DNA of 64,000 nucleotides. Origin: an uncultured Planctomycetota bacterium. Its GTDB lineage: Bacteria; Planctomycetota; Planctomycetia; Isosphaerales; Isosphaeraceae. The first letter of the stretch is position 1; each line of letters starts with the position of its first letter. A program made the translations under genes and the position numbers. Positions 35,086 through 45,553 of this stretch are shown in pieces. The DNA is taken from contig CAWGMQ010000008.1 of the NCBI GenBank assembly GCA_963823665.1, forward strand, positions 224,001-288,000. Direction: 5' to 3'. The notes beneath the pieces were generated by a model. That model searched no databases. It saw only the letters and a program-made list of their open reading frames with translations, and was not told where the DNA came from.

Positions 35086-36666
35086 ATGCCTCGAGACGGA
35101 TTTCGACGGATTGTCCGGTCCGTACGCACCGGATTGCACGTCGCCGCGACCTTCGTCGGCCTGGGATCATTCTTTGCGCCGCTGCTCTGCGGCAACGCAT
35201 GCGGACAAGACCTCGTTCCCGCACCGCCGGACATGAAAGCGCCGGAGGGCGGACAACCCCTGATATTCGTCCCACCGAACTTTCCGGAGGAAATCGACGG
35301 ACTTCCCAGCTTCGTGACGCCGTCGTCAACTCTCGGTGAAGCTCTGGATCGCCATCGTGGCGCGCCGACGCCTGGGCTGCCCGCTGCTCCCGCCGATCAA
35401 GCGACGCCACTCACACCGCCGGTAAAAGACCGCCTGGTCGAAGCGGAACAGTGTCTGGCTGACCGAAAATACGGCGACGCACTCGAGTTGTTCGCTCTGG
35501 CGATTGCCTATGATCATAACAATATACGCGCACATCTCGGCCGCGCTCGCGCCTTCATGATGCTGGCACGATACAAAACGGCCCTTGAGGATGTGGATTT
35601 CATCATCGATCGAGAACCCCAGCACCTCGAGGCCCTGCAGATCCGGGCGATCTGTTCGTTGTACCTGGGTATGGCCGGCAGCCCCGAGTTTCTCGACGAC
35701 GCCGCCAAGACCGTGGCCGGTATTCTCAAAAGCGATCCCTTAGACCCGACCGCGCGCGCGGTTCACGGAGCGATCGCGCTTGCCGAACGAGACCCTGACC
35801 TCGCCATCGCAGACCTATCGTACGCGATCGAAAAGCGATTGCATTGGGCGGACGCGTTCTACTATCGAGGCGCCGCCCGGATGGTAAAAGGCGATTATCG
35901 CCACGCCCTCGATGACTTCAAGAAGATCACCCAGGGAAGTGCCGCACCTCAAATCCCGTCGACAATCCTCTACGACCGCGCCCGTTGCCTTGCCGGAGTT
36001 GGCGATTACGACCTCGCAATCGCTGACTTCACCATGCTCGTCGAGCGCCATCCTGACGATCCTCGATTCTATCAGGGCCGCGCCGACGCGTACGTCGCAA
36101 AGAACGACCTGGTCCACGCCCTCGCGGACCACGATCAGGTCGTGCGATTGCGGCCAGACGACGCTGAGATCTACCTCAGGCGAGCCTTCCTTCGCTTGCG
36201 GAAAGGCGAAAACACTCGCGCGCTCGCCGACATGGATCGGATGGTTCAACTCAAGCCAGATGCCGGCGGCGCGTACTTTTGCCGTGCCGTGATCCTCGTG
36301 CTAGGCAAGGGAGACACAGAGCGCGCCTTGGCTGACATGGAACGCGCCGTAGCACTCGAGCCCGGGCTCACCGTCTTCTACGCGTTCCGCGGCTATCTTC
36401 GCGCGAGGAAGCTCGAGTCCGGACCGGCACTCAAAGATTTTGTCCTGTGCCTTGCCACGCTCGATCAGCTCGAGTTCAAACTCACCTGGAATTTTGACGA
36501 TGAAAGCGGCCGATTCAGCGTCGGATTCGGCTGGTGGGTCAAGGAAAACGCAAACGCGAATGCGCGAGGCATGAAGCGCGTCCTGGAAGCCTCAAACGTC
36601 GACGGCCGTTGCATTGACTGGGGAGTGCGTCGCATTCTTGCCGCAGCGTTTGAACCGGCACGATAG
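35086..36666 (+). CDS. Secreted TPR-repeat protein
   Basis: RBS GGAGGT; signal-like N-terminus; multiple TPRs (A.ADL..AI, YY.RG). Confidence 0.85.
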   Translation: MPRDGFRRIVRSVRTGLHVAATFVGLGSFFAPLLCGNACGQDLVPAPPDMKAPEGGQPLIFVPPNFPEEIDGLPSFVTPSSTLGEALDRHRGAPTPGLPAAPADQATPLTPPVKDRLVEAEQCLADRKYGDALELFALAIAYDHNNIRAHLGRARAFMMLARYKTALEDVDFIIDREPQHLEALQIRAICSLYLGMAGSPEFLDDAAKTVAGILKSDPLDPTARAVHGAIALAERDPDLAIADLSYAIEKRLHWADAFYYRGAARMVKGDYRHALDDFKKITQGSAAPQIPSTILYDRARCLAGVGDYDLAIADFTMLVERHPDDPRFYQGRADAYVAKNDLVHALADHDQVVRLRPDDAEIYLRRAFLRLRKGENTRALADMDRMVQLKPDAGGAYFCRAVILVLGKGDTERALADMERAVALEPGLTVFYAFRGYLRARKLESGPALKDFVLCLATLDQLEFKLTWNFDDESGRFSVGFGWWVKENANANARGMKRVLEASNVDGRCIDWGVRRILAAAFEPAR

Positions 36667-36940
36667 CCGATTCCAGCTCAAGGGCCCCAGAGCTGAATTC
36701 CGTCGGGTCTAGATAGCGGAGGTTCCTGGCATTGACCAGGTCATATCGCCGTGTGACGGATCTGGATTTACTTCCATCGTAGTGCAGCATGATGACGCTC
36801 GAGTTGATTTCGGTCGACTCGAAGACCTTCGCGTGCGCGCGAGCGTGGACGAACACTGTCCCGAGCACCGTGACCCGCAAGAAATCCTCCGCACACCACC
36901 CGCGGCGCGGCGTTTGCAGTGAAAGCAGCGGTTGATCTCT

Positions 36941-36949
36941 TGGTATAAT
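36941..36949 (+). promoter_or_regulatory. Extended -10 promoter TGGTATAAT
   Basis: Perfect TGnTATAAT ~40 nt upstream of the ATG at 36991. Confidence 0.5.
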
Positions 36950-36990
36950 TGAATAGAGCGACAAGAATCCTTTCACCAGGAGGCACGTCG

Positions 36991-37590
36991 ATGAGCGAAG
37001 CATCGCTACCGTGTGAGTCGAGCATCGTCGCGGTCTATCCGGACCATGAATCGTCCGAGCATGCCATCCGGCTGCTTCACCAGAATGGATTCGCGATCGA
37101 GGATCTCTCGATCGTCGGGCGCAACATCAAGCTGACCGAGGAGCCGACCGGCTTCATCACCACGGGCGATTACGTCTCCGCGGGGGCACGGTCCGGAGCC
37201 TTGATCGGAGGGCTCGCCGGCGTGGCGCTCGGGGCAGCGCTCTTGATCATACCCGGCATCGGTCCGGTCATCGTCGCCGGGCCGATCGCGGCGGCTGTGC
37301 TCGCCGGAGTCGAAGGCGCGGTCGCCGGCGTAAGCCTTGGCGCGCTCGCCGGAGCACTCGTCGGCTGGGGTGTTCCAAAAGAGCACGCGATCAAGTTCGA
37401 ATCCGAGGTGCAGGGCGGCAAGTTCCTCGTGATGGCCCGCGGCAACGCCGAGGAAATCGACCGGGCGCGGGCCTTGCTCCACAAAGCAGACGTTCCGCAT
37501 CAGATCGCGGTGTATGACCGCACCACGGCTGGACGGCCAGGGCGAGCCGCCGTCACACAAGCTCCCGGATCAGGCGGCCGTCGTAGTTAA
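36991..37590 (+). CDS. General stress protein-like membrane protein (glycine-zipper)
   Basis: IVAVY..H..A..L...GF....LSIVG, IPGIGPVIVAGPIAA and GVPKEHA..FE..V.GG. Confidence 0.8.
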   Translation: MSEASLPCESSIVAVYPDHESSEHAIRLLHQNGFAIEDLSIVGRNIKLTEEPTGFITTGDYVSAGARSGALIGGLAGVALGAALLIIPGIGPVIVAGPIAAAVLAGVEGAVAGVSLGALAGALVGWGVPKEHAIKFESEVQGGKFLVMARGNAEEIDRARALLHKADVPHQIAVYDRTTAGRPGRAAVTQAPGSGGRRS

Positions 37591-38881
37591 CCTGGACGGG
37601 CCGCCCATCAGGAGTCTGGTGTGTGGTCTCGAGAGGGATGCCCAGGCAGTGGTAAACCGTCGCAGCGATATCCTCGGTGTAATAGGGTGCCTCGATCGGC
37701 TGCTCGGCGAGCGCATCGGTCTGCCCCACGGCGATCCCGCACCGCAGACCGCCCCCGGATAACAGCGCGACACCCGAGGTCGACCAGTGGTCGCGCCCCG
37801 CGGATGGATTCACCTTGGGCGTGCGGCCGAAGTCGGAGAGGACCACCACCAGCGTCTGCTCGAGCATGCCGCGGTCGGAGAGATCCTGAACCAGGCCCGA
37901 GACCGCGGCGTCGAGCTTGGGCAGCAGCCGCGTTTTCAGAGACTTGAAATTATCCTGGTGCGTATCCCAACCGCCGTCGGTGACCGTGACGAAGCGAACA
38001 CCCCCCTCGATCAGCCGACGGGCGAGCAGGCAGCCCTGGCCCAGCGAATTGCGCCCGTAGCGGTCTCGGAGACGGGGGTCTTCGGAATGGATGTCAAATG
38101 CCTTCTTCGCCTCGGGGGCCGTGACCAGATTGTACGCCTTTTCGTAAAACGTGCCGGTGGCCTGCACCGGTAGAGCGCCGGCAGATCCCTCGATCTCTCT
38201 CTGCCAGGTATCAACGGTCTGGAGCACTTTCATGCGATGCTGGAACCTCAAGCGGTCGACTCCCCCCGGCAAGACCACGTCCCGGACCGTGAAATTCGGG
38301 TTCGACGCATCGCCCGGCAGGATGAAGGGGTTGTACTGGTCACCCAGAAAGCCAGCCGAGCCGCCGCCGAATTTCTTGTCGATCGAGTTTCCAAGCTGCA
38401 CATACGGCGGCATCGACTTGCGATCGCCAAGCTCGCGGGCCACGACCGCGCCGTAAGCCGGGTAGGAGAGCGCGGGATTGAACGGATGGCCCGTCAACAT
38501 GTAAGCGTCGGCAACCCCGTGCGACCCGTTCTTGGGGTTCCACGACCGAACGATCGCATATTTGTCCTGATGCTGCGCGAGCTTCGGCAGCGGGTCGCAC
38601 AGCGAGATCCCCGGCACGTTGGTCGCAATCGCACCGAACTCACCCCTGATCTCCTGGGGCGCCTCGGGCTTGGGATCAAAGCTGTCAATATGGCTGATTC
38701 CACCCTGCAGCCAGATCAGGATGCACGAAACGTCCTTGCCGCTCCGGCCGCCGGCCCGCGCGCGGCGTTCCAGAAACCCGGGCAGCGAAATCCCCAGTGC
38801 AGCCAGCGAGCCGACCTTGAGCAGCTCACGCCGCGTGACTCGATCGCAGCTCCGATGCAAACCCATCGTCAAGTTGAGCAT
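37553..38881 (-). CDS. DUF1501 domain protein (Tat-exported)
   Basis: TRRELLK; CILIWLQGG.SHIDSFDPKP, WDTH, DFGRTP and GRDHW. Confidence 0.93.
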   Translation of the reverse strand: MLNLTMGLHRSCDRVTRRELLKVGSLAALGISLPGFLERRARAGGRSGKDVSCILIWLQGGISHIDSFDPKPEAPQEIRGEFGAIATNVPGISLCDPLPKLAQHQDKYAIVRSWNPKNGSHGVADAYMLTGHPFNPALSYPAYGAVVARELGDRKSMPPYVQLGNSIDKKFGGGSAGFLGDQYNPFILPGDASNPNFTVRDVVLPGGVDRLRFQHRMKVLQTVDTWQREIEGSAGALPVQATGTFYEKAYNLVTAPEAKKAFDIHSEDPRLRDRYGRNSLGQGCLLARRLIEGGVRFVTVTDGGWDTHQDNFKSLKTRLLPKLDAAVSGLVQDLSDRGMLEQTLVVVLSDFGRTPKVNPSAGRDHWSTSGVALLSGGGLRCGIAVGQTDALAEQPIEAPYYTEDIAATVYHCLGIPLETTHQTPDGRPVQVNYDGRLIRELV

Positions 38882-39078
38882 CGCACCCTCTCTTGGCATT
38901 GCGCCGCAGGGATATTTAGCTGATCGTCGCTGCCGGAAGGCAACTCAGGCGGGACCCGGTTGTTTCACCAGGTTCATACCAAAGTTTAACATCTAATTGA
39001 CATTCCGGGCAAGAGATGGGCGGGGAAAAGTGGGGACTTGGCCCGCAGAATTCTCGTGTGGTGGGTGTAGCCTGCTCG

Positions 39079-39133
39079 GAATCCTGCTCTTAATCTTAAT
39101 CCTAACCCTAATCCTAATCCTGCTCTTATTCTC
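39079..39133. repeat. Hexamer tandem repeat (TAATCC/TAATCT/TGCTCT)
   Basis: aatcctgctcttaatcttaatcctaaccctaatcctaatcctgctcttattctc; similar short run at ~6718-6748. Confidence 0.75.
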
Positions 39134-39190
39134 AGTGTTCTCCTCGAAGCCGCCAGAACCCCACTCATTCGTCCGAAAGTATCCATCGCC

Positions 39191-40314
39191 TTGGCCTCCA
39201 TCGAACTACGCAAGCTGGCAAAGATCTATCCCGGCGGGATCAACGCCATCCGGCCGATCGATCTCTCGGTCGAGTCGGGTGAGCTACTCGTCTTGCTCGG
39301 CCCCTCAGGGTCGGGCAAAAGCACGATCCTGCGGCTGATCGCCGGGCTTGAGCGGCCTTCGGCGGGAAGTATCCTCGTCGACGGGCGCGAAATGAACGGT
39401 GTGCCGCCGCACCGCCGTGACGTGGCGATGGTCTTTCAAAACCCGGCGCTTTATCCTCATTTATCTGTCTTCGGTAATCTGGTCTTCGGAGTGCGCAGCC
39501 GAGGCGTTTCGCGTGCGCAAGCGCGGTCGCGGGTGAATCAGGTCTCGGGCGTTCTGGGGCTCGATCGCGTGCTGGGCCGCAAGCCGGGTGCCCTTTCCGG
39601 CGGCGAGCGTCAGCGAGTGGCGATCGGCCGGGCGCTCGTGCGCGAGCCGCGGATCGTGCTTTTTGACGAGCCGTTCTCGAACCTGGATGTCCCGCTTCGC
39701 GCCGGCCTGCGCGAAGAAGTGATCGAGCTTCACCGCCGCTTGAAGACGACACTCATCCACGTGACGCACGACCAGTCCGAAGCCCTCATCATGGGCGACC
39801 GGGTCGTTGTTCTCGAAAAGGGCCAGCTTCGCCAGTGCGACGCGCCGAGGGCAATCTACGACCGCCCTGCGCACCGTTTCGTCGCCACATTCGTCGGCAG
39901 CCCTCCGATGAACCTCCTGCCGTGTCAGATCGAGCGCGATGCCGGAGTCACTCGTTTCCGCCCGGTCGGCACCGAGCGCGCATTGCGATGGGACCAGCCG
40001 GGCGCGTCGCTGCCGCGCGGGTGGGAAGGAACCACGCGGATCTTCGACCTGGGAATCCGTCCCGAAGCAATCTCGGTGCGTGCCGAGGACCCCGCGGCGG
40101 AGCACGCCCTCGACATCCCGAGCATGAGCGCCGGGTTCGGCGGCTGGAATTCAATGGTCCGGACCTCCTGGCGACCCTCGCCGTCGGCCCGCACCGCCTG
40201 ATCGCCCGGCTGCCGTCAAGCCAGGCGCTCCACGACGGTCAGCGTGTAGAGGCCGTGCTCGATCTGAGCAAGTCAGTCTGGTTCGACCAGACCAGCGGCG
40301 AGGCGGTGTCCTAG
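39191..40314 (+). CDS. MalK/UgpC-type ABC transporter ATPase; frameshift near 40131
   Basis: GPSGSGKST, LSGGERQRVAIGRA, DEPFSNLD, HVTHDQ and FVGSPPMN; TOBE tail continues in the shifted frame to TAG 40314. Confidence 0.9.
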
Positions 40315-40497
40315 ACCGCGCATCCTCGCACGGTCCACAGGCTTCGCCCGCGCGAACGTCCCTCCCAGCTCGCCGACCCCGCAGTTCATGTTGAGAATTC
40401 CGCATGGAATCTTTGGCGGGAATCGGCGAGAATCGAATCTTTGCTCAAAGCACGGCTTCGAAGATCGTAGAGTTCGGGGACTACAGGGCGAACCGTA

Positions 40498-40704
40498 ATG
40501 GATAGTCCGCGCCGTCAGCTTCGGGTCGTGCGCCTGCACGGGCCGCGTGAACAAGCGAATCCAGGCGATCAAACGACAACCGCCGCCGAGCGATTGGAAA
40601 TGATGTGGCCGCTCGCGCTCGACGCGTGGGCATTCAAGGGAGAGCCGGTGGTTGAACAGCGACTTCCGCGACATATTGTCCATATTTATCGCAGAGGGCG
40701 TTGA
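40498..40704 (+). CDS. Small protein overlapping the nucleotidyltransferase gene (putative antitoxin)
   Basis: T.AERLEMMW.L...AW...RL.R; 53-nt overlap with the next gene. Confidence 0.65.
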   Translation: MDSPRRQLRVVRLHGPREQANPGDQTTTAAERLEMMWPLALDAWAFKGEPVVEQRLPRHIVHIYRRGR

Positions 40705-41113
40705 ATTCCTTCTCGTCGGCGCGTATGCCCTCGCAGTACATGGGGTCGCACGTGCCACGGGCGACATCGACCTCAGGGTCCGACCGTCGCCGCATAACGC
40801 AGTCCGCGCTTGGAACGCGTTGGCAAAATTTGGTGCACCGGTAACTGGCTTGAGCACCAGTGACCTTACAACTCCGGGGCTGATCTACCAAATCGGCGTG
40901 GCACCGCGCCGCATCGACGTCATCACCTCGATCGATGGCGTCGACTTTAATGAGGCGTGGGCCTCACGCCGCGAAGTCAACATTGATGGAATAAAGCTCA
41001 CGGTGCTCAGTCGTGAGGATCTGATACGGAACAAGCGCGCCGCGGGCCGTCCAAAGGATCTGGCCGATCTCGCATTGCTGGAGGAATCGACAGGGCCCGA
41101 TTCTCAGACGTAG
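40652..41113 (+). CDS. Pol-beta-like nucleotidyltransferase (DUF6036-like), putative toxin
   Basis: VEFLLVGAYALAVHG..RATGDID, RIDVIT.IDG and LIRNKRAAGRPKDLADL. Confidence 0.85.
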   Translation: MNSDFRDILSIFIAEGVEFLLVGAYALAVHGVARATGDIDLRVRPSPHNAVRAWNALAKFGAPVTGLSTSDLTTPGLIYQIGVAPRRIDVITSIDGVDFNEAWASRREVNIDGIKLTVLSREDLIRNKRAAGRPKDLADLALLEESTGPDSQT

Positions 41114-41714
41114 TCAGCACCATATAAACACTATCAACGTAATCATTCGGCCCCCACAATTCGCGCGACGCTTCAACGGAGATTCCCAGCGGCTGGAACC
41201 CGATCTTCTGGTAGGCCCGAACGGCCCGCGGGTTACGAGCCGAAGGCTGGACCATGAACTCCTGAACCCCAAGGCGCTCGCCGAGGCACCCGCAAAGCAA
41301 CAGGAGGGCTTGGGTACCAAATCCGTGCCCGCAGTCCTTTTCGGACCGCATCCAGATATCCAGCTCGGTCCGCGTTCGGCCGGCATGGTGATGGATGTCG
41401 TTGTAAGTTACCTGGCCGACCGCTTCGTGGTTCACCAGGATCAAATAGCAGCGGCCGAGATGGGCTGCAGAATCCGAAAAGTAGTGCAGGCAATCGGCGT
41501 TGCAGAATTCGTCCCAGGCGGGAATCGGTTTTTCGGGAAAGATCGGCGGCCCATTCATGGCACTTGCAATGTCAGAATGGGCCAGCCATTCGAAGACCTG
41601 ACGCTGGTCCGCAATCGTCGCGGGGCGAAGCCAGAAGCCGTCACCCTGAATGATCGTGGGGCGCAGTTGCTCTTGGCAGTCGGCCATTCGCGATTCGTCC
41701 AGCGGGTTCGTCAT
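41007..41714 (-). CDS. GNAT (RimJ/RimL-like) acetyltransferase
   Basis: LRPAT..D, ELDIW...GHGFGT.AL and NPRAVRAYQKIGF; ATGA overlap with the upstream ECF; tail overlaps the convergent gene. Confidence 0.85.
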   Translation of the reverse strand: MTNPLDESRMADCQEQLRPTIIQGDGFWLRPATIADQRQVFEWLAHSDIASAMNGPPIFPEKPIPAWDEFCNADCLHYFSDSAAHLGRCYLILVNHEAVGQVTYNDIHHHAGRTRTELDIWMRSEKDCGHGFGTQALLLLCGCLGERLGVQEFMVQPSARNPRAVRAYQKIGFQPLGISVEASRELWGPNDYVDSVYMVLTTSENRALSIPPAMRDRPDPLDGPRRACSVSDPHD

Positions 41715-43211
41715 TTCTGTTGCGGTGCATGCTTCATGGCAGGGCTCGGCGGAACGCGATCGATCACGCTCAGGATGCGCTCGAGCTTCTTCTCGATGTC
41801 GGCCAGCCGCTTTTCATAATCCTTGTTTTCGCCTGCAGCCCGACTGAGCTTCAGACCGAGAAACGCCTGTTCCGCGGCCCTCAAATCGTTCTTCCCGTCT
41901 GCATTGGCGATCTCGCTCAGGAGCTTGGCGGCGGATACGTCCGCTTTCGCGCGCTCGGCCGCAAGTGCACGGGTCAACCGATCGACGGCCTCGCGCTGCT
42001 GCGCCGGGTCGACCGTACGGGCCTGCGACAGACTCGAATTCGGTGCGGTCTTGGGTGGTGGGCCAGCCGCGGCCGTCGGCGCGGGACGGGCGAAGGCGAC
42101 GCCGGAGTCGATCCCCGTGCCATCGGGACGGAATGAGAGGTCGACGGTGCCTTCCGGAATCTTGAGCTGTGACGTCTCCCCGGGATGAGCCCGCAGCTTC
42201 ATGGTCGGCGTTATGGCAGCGCCGTCCTTCCAGACCCTGATCTCGTACTCGAAGACCGACCCGGCGCCGGGTGCCGGTGCGCGATCCGGGGCTTGCTTCT
42301 CGGCGGGAGCAGCCGACGAGCGGGATGGATCGCTGAATGTCTGGCCGACGACAGTCGCGGCGACCAGGACGCTGATGGTCAAGAAAACGCCCAGTAGCAC
42401 GGACGACAGTTTGGTCATGATCATGGTCCTCAAAGTACTTGATACGAGAGTCGAAACGGAAGCCGAGACGGCCTTGGCCCCCGGAATGCGAGAAACCAAG
42501 CTCACGGCCGCTCGCGCGGTGGATTGAATCAGAGAATCGGGAACAAACAAGCGTGCCGCACGGGCCGCACCGGCTACCGGAAGTGCTCCGGAGAGCCCCC
42601 TGCGGCTCAATCGAACGCGAAGCCGCTCGCGGGCACGCGCCTGCCGGCTCTTCACGGTCCCCAGCGGCCAGCCCAGCGCTTGCGCTGCCTCCTGGTGCGA
42701 CTGGCATTCCAGGTCACAGAGCAAGAGCGGAAGCCGAAATCGCTCGGGCAAACGATCGATTTCCTCATGCAGGATCGAGGCATCGTCCTCGCGGTCCGCG
42801 ATCGGAGCAACCCGCGCTTCATCCGCGAACCGTGCCGCTCGCAGCTCGCGGCGCCGCCCGGGCGAGCGCCGCCGCCCTCGCACGTCGCGAGATCCGGCGG
42901 GCGACGGAAGCCAGCCAGGGACCTAGCGTCTCACACACCTTCAGCCGCCCCGCCTTGGTGGCGAGAACCAGAAAGGTCGCCTGAAACGCATCCTCGGCGT
43001 CGCTCTCGTTGCCGAGAATGGCCTTGCAGATCCGCATGACGCCGGAAGCGTGCCGCTCCACGAGCACCGCGAACGCAAGCTCGGCCGATTCCTCATCATC
43101 CTGACTCAAGAACCGCAAAAGCAGCTCGCTGTCGGCCATACCGCAGAAACTGCCCTCTTCAAAGAGAGCGCGGTAATGTCGATAAACGGGCAGCTTGCTC
43201 GAACGTCTCAT
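41711..43211 (-). CDS. ECF sigma factor with TM and C-terminal extension (paralog 3; frameshift near 42865)
   Basis: D.ELL.RF...[20 protein letters not shown] and [15 protein letters not shown]...GTVKSR. Confidence 0.88.
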
Positions 43212-43238
43212 CGCGTCATCCTCAGCCCCTCAACCGCC

Positions 43239-43277
43239 AGACACCCATAATGCCGGCTGAAGGGCTTCGGGTTCCAC
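43239..43277 (-). promoter_or_regulatory. ECF-type promoter GTGGAAC-N17-GCAT..TGTCT
   Basis: Conserved upstream of all three paralogs. Confidence 0.7.
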
Positions 43278-43369
43278 GAATTCTTGCTTCCCCGAGAACG
43301 AGCGGCGGCGTTCAGTCGCAAGTTGCCCACGTGCGCTCGAGCGAATGCTGATTCCCGGCGGCGCTTACT

Positions 43370-43577
43370 GAGCTCAGATTCCATCGCTCACGAGGCGAGC
43401 CCAAATTCCTTTCCACCGCGTTTAGAAGCGGAGGCTCGATTCCTTTCCCCCGTGTGCGGAAGGGGAGCCCCAATCTCTTTCCCTCGCATCCGTAAGGAGA
43501 GTCTCAGTTCCTTGCCCCGCCTTTGAAAGGGGGCCCCAAATTCCTTTCCCCCCCTTTAGAAGGGGGGCCAGGGGGGA
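43370..43577. repeat. Degenerate tandem array of ~33-35-bp hairpin units
   Basis: At least 5 units of the form ATTCCTTTCCCC..N..AAGGGG. Confidence 0.65.
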
Positions 43578-43647
43578 TGCACTGCGGCCGCCATCCCCAC
43601 AGCACCGTCGTGCAACAGATAGCGCCGGATCGTTCATTGCGATTTGG

Positions 43648-45393
43648 TCAATCCCCCGTACCCCGATATATCGCGTTTTTCAGCGCCTTGCGAATCTCAT
43701 CCGCCTTCGCTTTGTCACCTGAGGCCAGCGCGGATTTGAGTCTCTCGTTGAGAGATTTGATGGACTCCAAGAGCTTGTCCGACATAGGCTCGACCTTGAG
43801 CCCCTCGACCTTGAGCTTTTCGTACAAATCCGCCTGCTTCGCTCGTTCCGTTTTCAAGGACTCGAGTTTTTTCTTGAGCGCTCGAATAGGATCCGCGGTC
43901 TGGAGCCGCTGGCGGATCTCGGGGTATATGTCCACCCACAGCCTCTCGTATTCCAATTGCAGTTTCTTGTACTTAATCTCGGCCATCTGCCGAGCCGGGT
44001 CATTGTGCAGCAGTGAACGCACCTTGGCATTCTCTCGCTGCTCGTCCGCCAAGGCGATTTCGTCGCACAAGGCAACGACATCTCGATCTCGCTTAAATTC
44101 CTCTTGGATCTTCAGCTCCAGATCGGATTCTCGTTTTTCCTCTCCACCGGCGGCCTCTATTTCATCCTCCCTCGTTTTGAGATCCGACTCCACTTTGATA
44201 ATCTCGAGTTTATTGTCGAGCATCGCCTGAGCTAATCTATCCTGCAGTTCCACGCCGGAGTGTGAATCGACGGCGGCGCTCTTGAATTGCGTTGTACTCT
44301 TCCGAACGGAAGTGCCCCGTGGACGAAAACGCAGTTCAATCGTCCCGTCGGGAACCTCGACCTCTGAAGCGCTGTCAGCCTGTGCCTTGAGCTTCATGGT
44401 CGGCGTGATCGGTACGCCGTCCTTCCAGATCCGAATCTCATACTGGAAGACGGGCGCGGCTGCCTGCACTTTGCCCTCAGCCACGCTCGCCGGAACAGAA
44501 TCCGGCGCACCCTTTTTCCGCTCAGTTTGCCCCTGCGCCAACACGGTGGCGGCGATGCCGGCAGTGATCAAACAGACGACACCAATCGCACTGGTCAGCC
44601 TGGTCACGATCGTGGCCCTCAAGAAGTATCTCACCAAACTGGCAACCGAACCCGGCACCAACCGGACAGATTCCCCACGCGAAAGCAACCCCACGGCCGC
44701 GCGAGCCGTCGAGTGAATCAAACTCTCGGCGACTGTCGGATGAGAAGAACCGAACACTCCCACCGGCGGCACAGCTCCGTGCAAACCCCTTCGAACCAAC
44801 CTGGCTCGCAGCCGCGCTCGCGCCCGGGCTTGCCGGCTCTTCACCGTTCCCAGCCGCCACCCCAGCTTCCGCGCCGCCTCCTGCTGGGTGCAGTTCTCAA
44901 TATCGCAGAGCAGCAGAGGCAGCCGGTACCGTTCGGGCAGGCGGTCAATTTCCTCGTGCAAAATCGATGAAACCTCGGCCCGATTTGCAGATTCCGATCG
45001 TCGCCCGGCTGCAAGCGATGCGGCCCGCAGCTCGCGAGCGGTTCGAGCCAGCACCACGGCCCTCGCGCCCTTGGACACGCGATGCGCAACAGCCGAAAGC
45101 CACGGACCGAGTGATTCTCGCACCCGCAGGCCCCCGGCTTTGGTGGCCAGCACGAGAAACGTGGCCTGAAACGCATCCTCGGCATCATGCTCATTGCCCG
45201 CCGTCGCCCGGCAGATGCGCATGACGGCCCTGGCATGCCGTTCCACGATCGCCGCAAACGCCAGCTCGCCCGACTCGGCATCCTGGCTCACGAAGCGAGC
45301 GAGCAACTCGCGGTCCGAAAGCCCGGAAAAGCTCCCGGCTTCAAAGAGCACGCGATAGTGCCCCAGCACCGGCACCTTCCTCGAATGCGTCAT
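43648..45393 (-). CDS. ECF sigma factor with TM and C-terminal extension (paralog 2, intact)
   Basis: Same sigma2/sigma4 motifs; TM IGVVCLITAGIAATVLAQ; FQYEIRIWKDG domain; coiled-coil tail. Confidence 0.92.
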   Translation of the reverse strand: MTHSRKVPVLGHYRVLFEAGSFSGLSDRELLARFVSQDAESGELAFAAIVERHARAVMRICRATAGNEHDAEDAFQATFLVLATKAGGLRVRESLGPWLSAVAHRVSKGARAVVLARTARELRAASLAAGRRSESANRAEVSSILHEEIDRLPERYRLPLLLCDIENCTQQEAARKLGWRLGTVKSRQARARARLRARLVRRGLHGAVPPVGVFGSSHPTVAESLIHSTARAAVGLLSRGESVRLVPGSVASLVRYFLRATIVTRLTSAIGVVCLITAGIAATVLAQGQTERKKGAPDSVPASVAEGKVQAAAPVFQYEIRIWKDGVPITPTMKLKAQADSASEVEVPDGTIELRFRPRGTSVRKSTTQFKSAAVDSHSGVELQDRLAQAMLDNKLEIIKVESDLKTREDEIEAAGGEEKRESDLELKIQEEFKRDRDVVALCDEIALADEQRENAKVRSLLHNDPARQMAEIKYKKLQLEYERLWVDIYPEIRQRLQTADPIRALKKKLESLKTERAKQADLYEKLKVEGLKVEPMSDKLLESIKSLNERLKSALASGDKAKADEIRKALKNAIYRGTGD

Positions 45394-45420
45394 TGCTGTT
45401 TCCCCGACAGTCGAACCGCC

Positions 45421-45459
45421 AGACACCTATCATGCGAGCGGAGTGGCTTCGAGTTCCAC
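45421..45459 (-). promoter_or_regulatory. ECF-type promoter GTGGAAC-N17-GCATGATAGGTGTCT
   Basis: Conserved upstream of all three paralogs. Confidence 0.7.
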
Positions 45460-45553
45460 GAACTCTTACCGCGGGTGACCTCGAAAAAAGCCATTCCGAC
45501 CAACTTAGGGGCATTGCCCAATCCGATGGCTAGCAGCCGCCGCTGGCCCCGGG

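Noticed and set aside
36539..37003. 154-aa minus-strand ORF between the TPR and stress genes
   Set aside because: It overlaps both neighbours and a promoter, and no family was recognised; it could at most be a remnant
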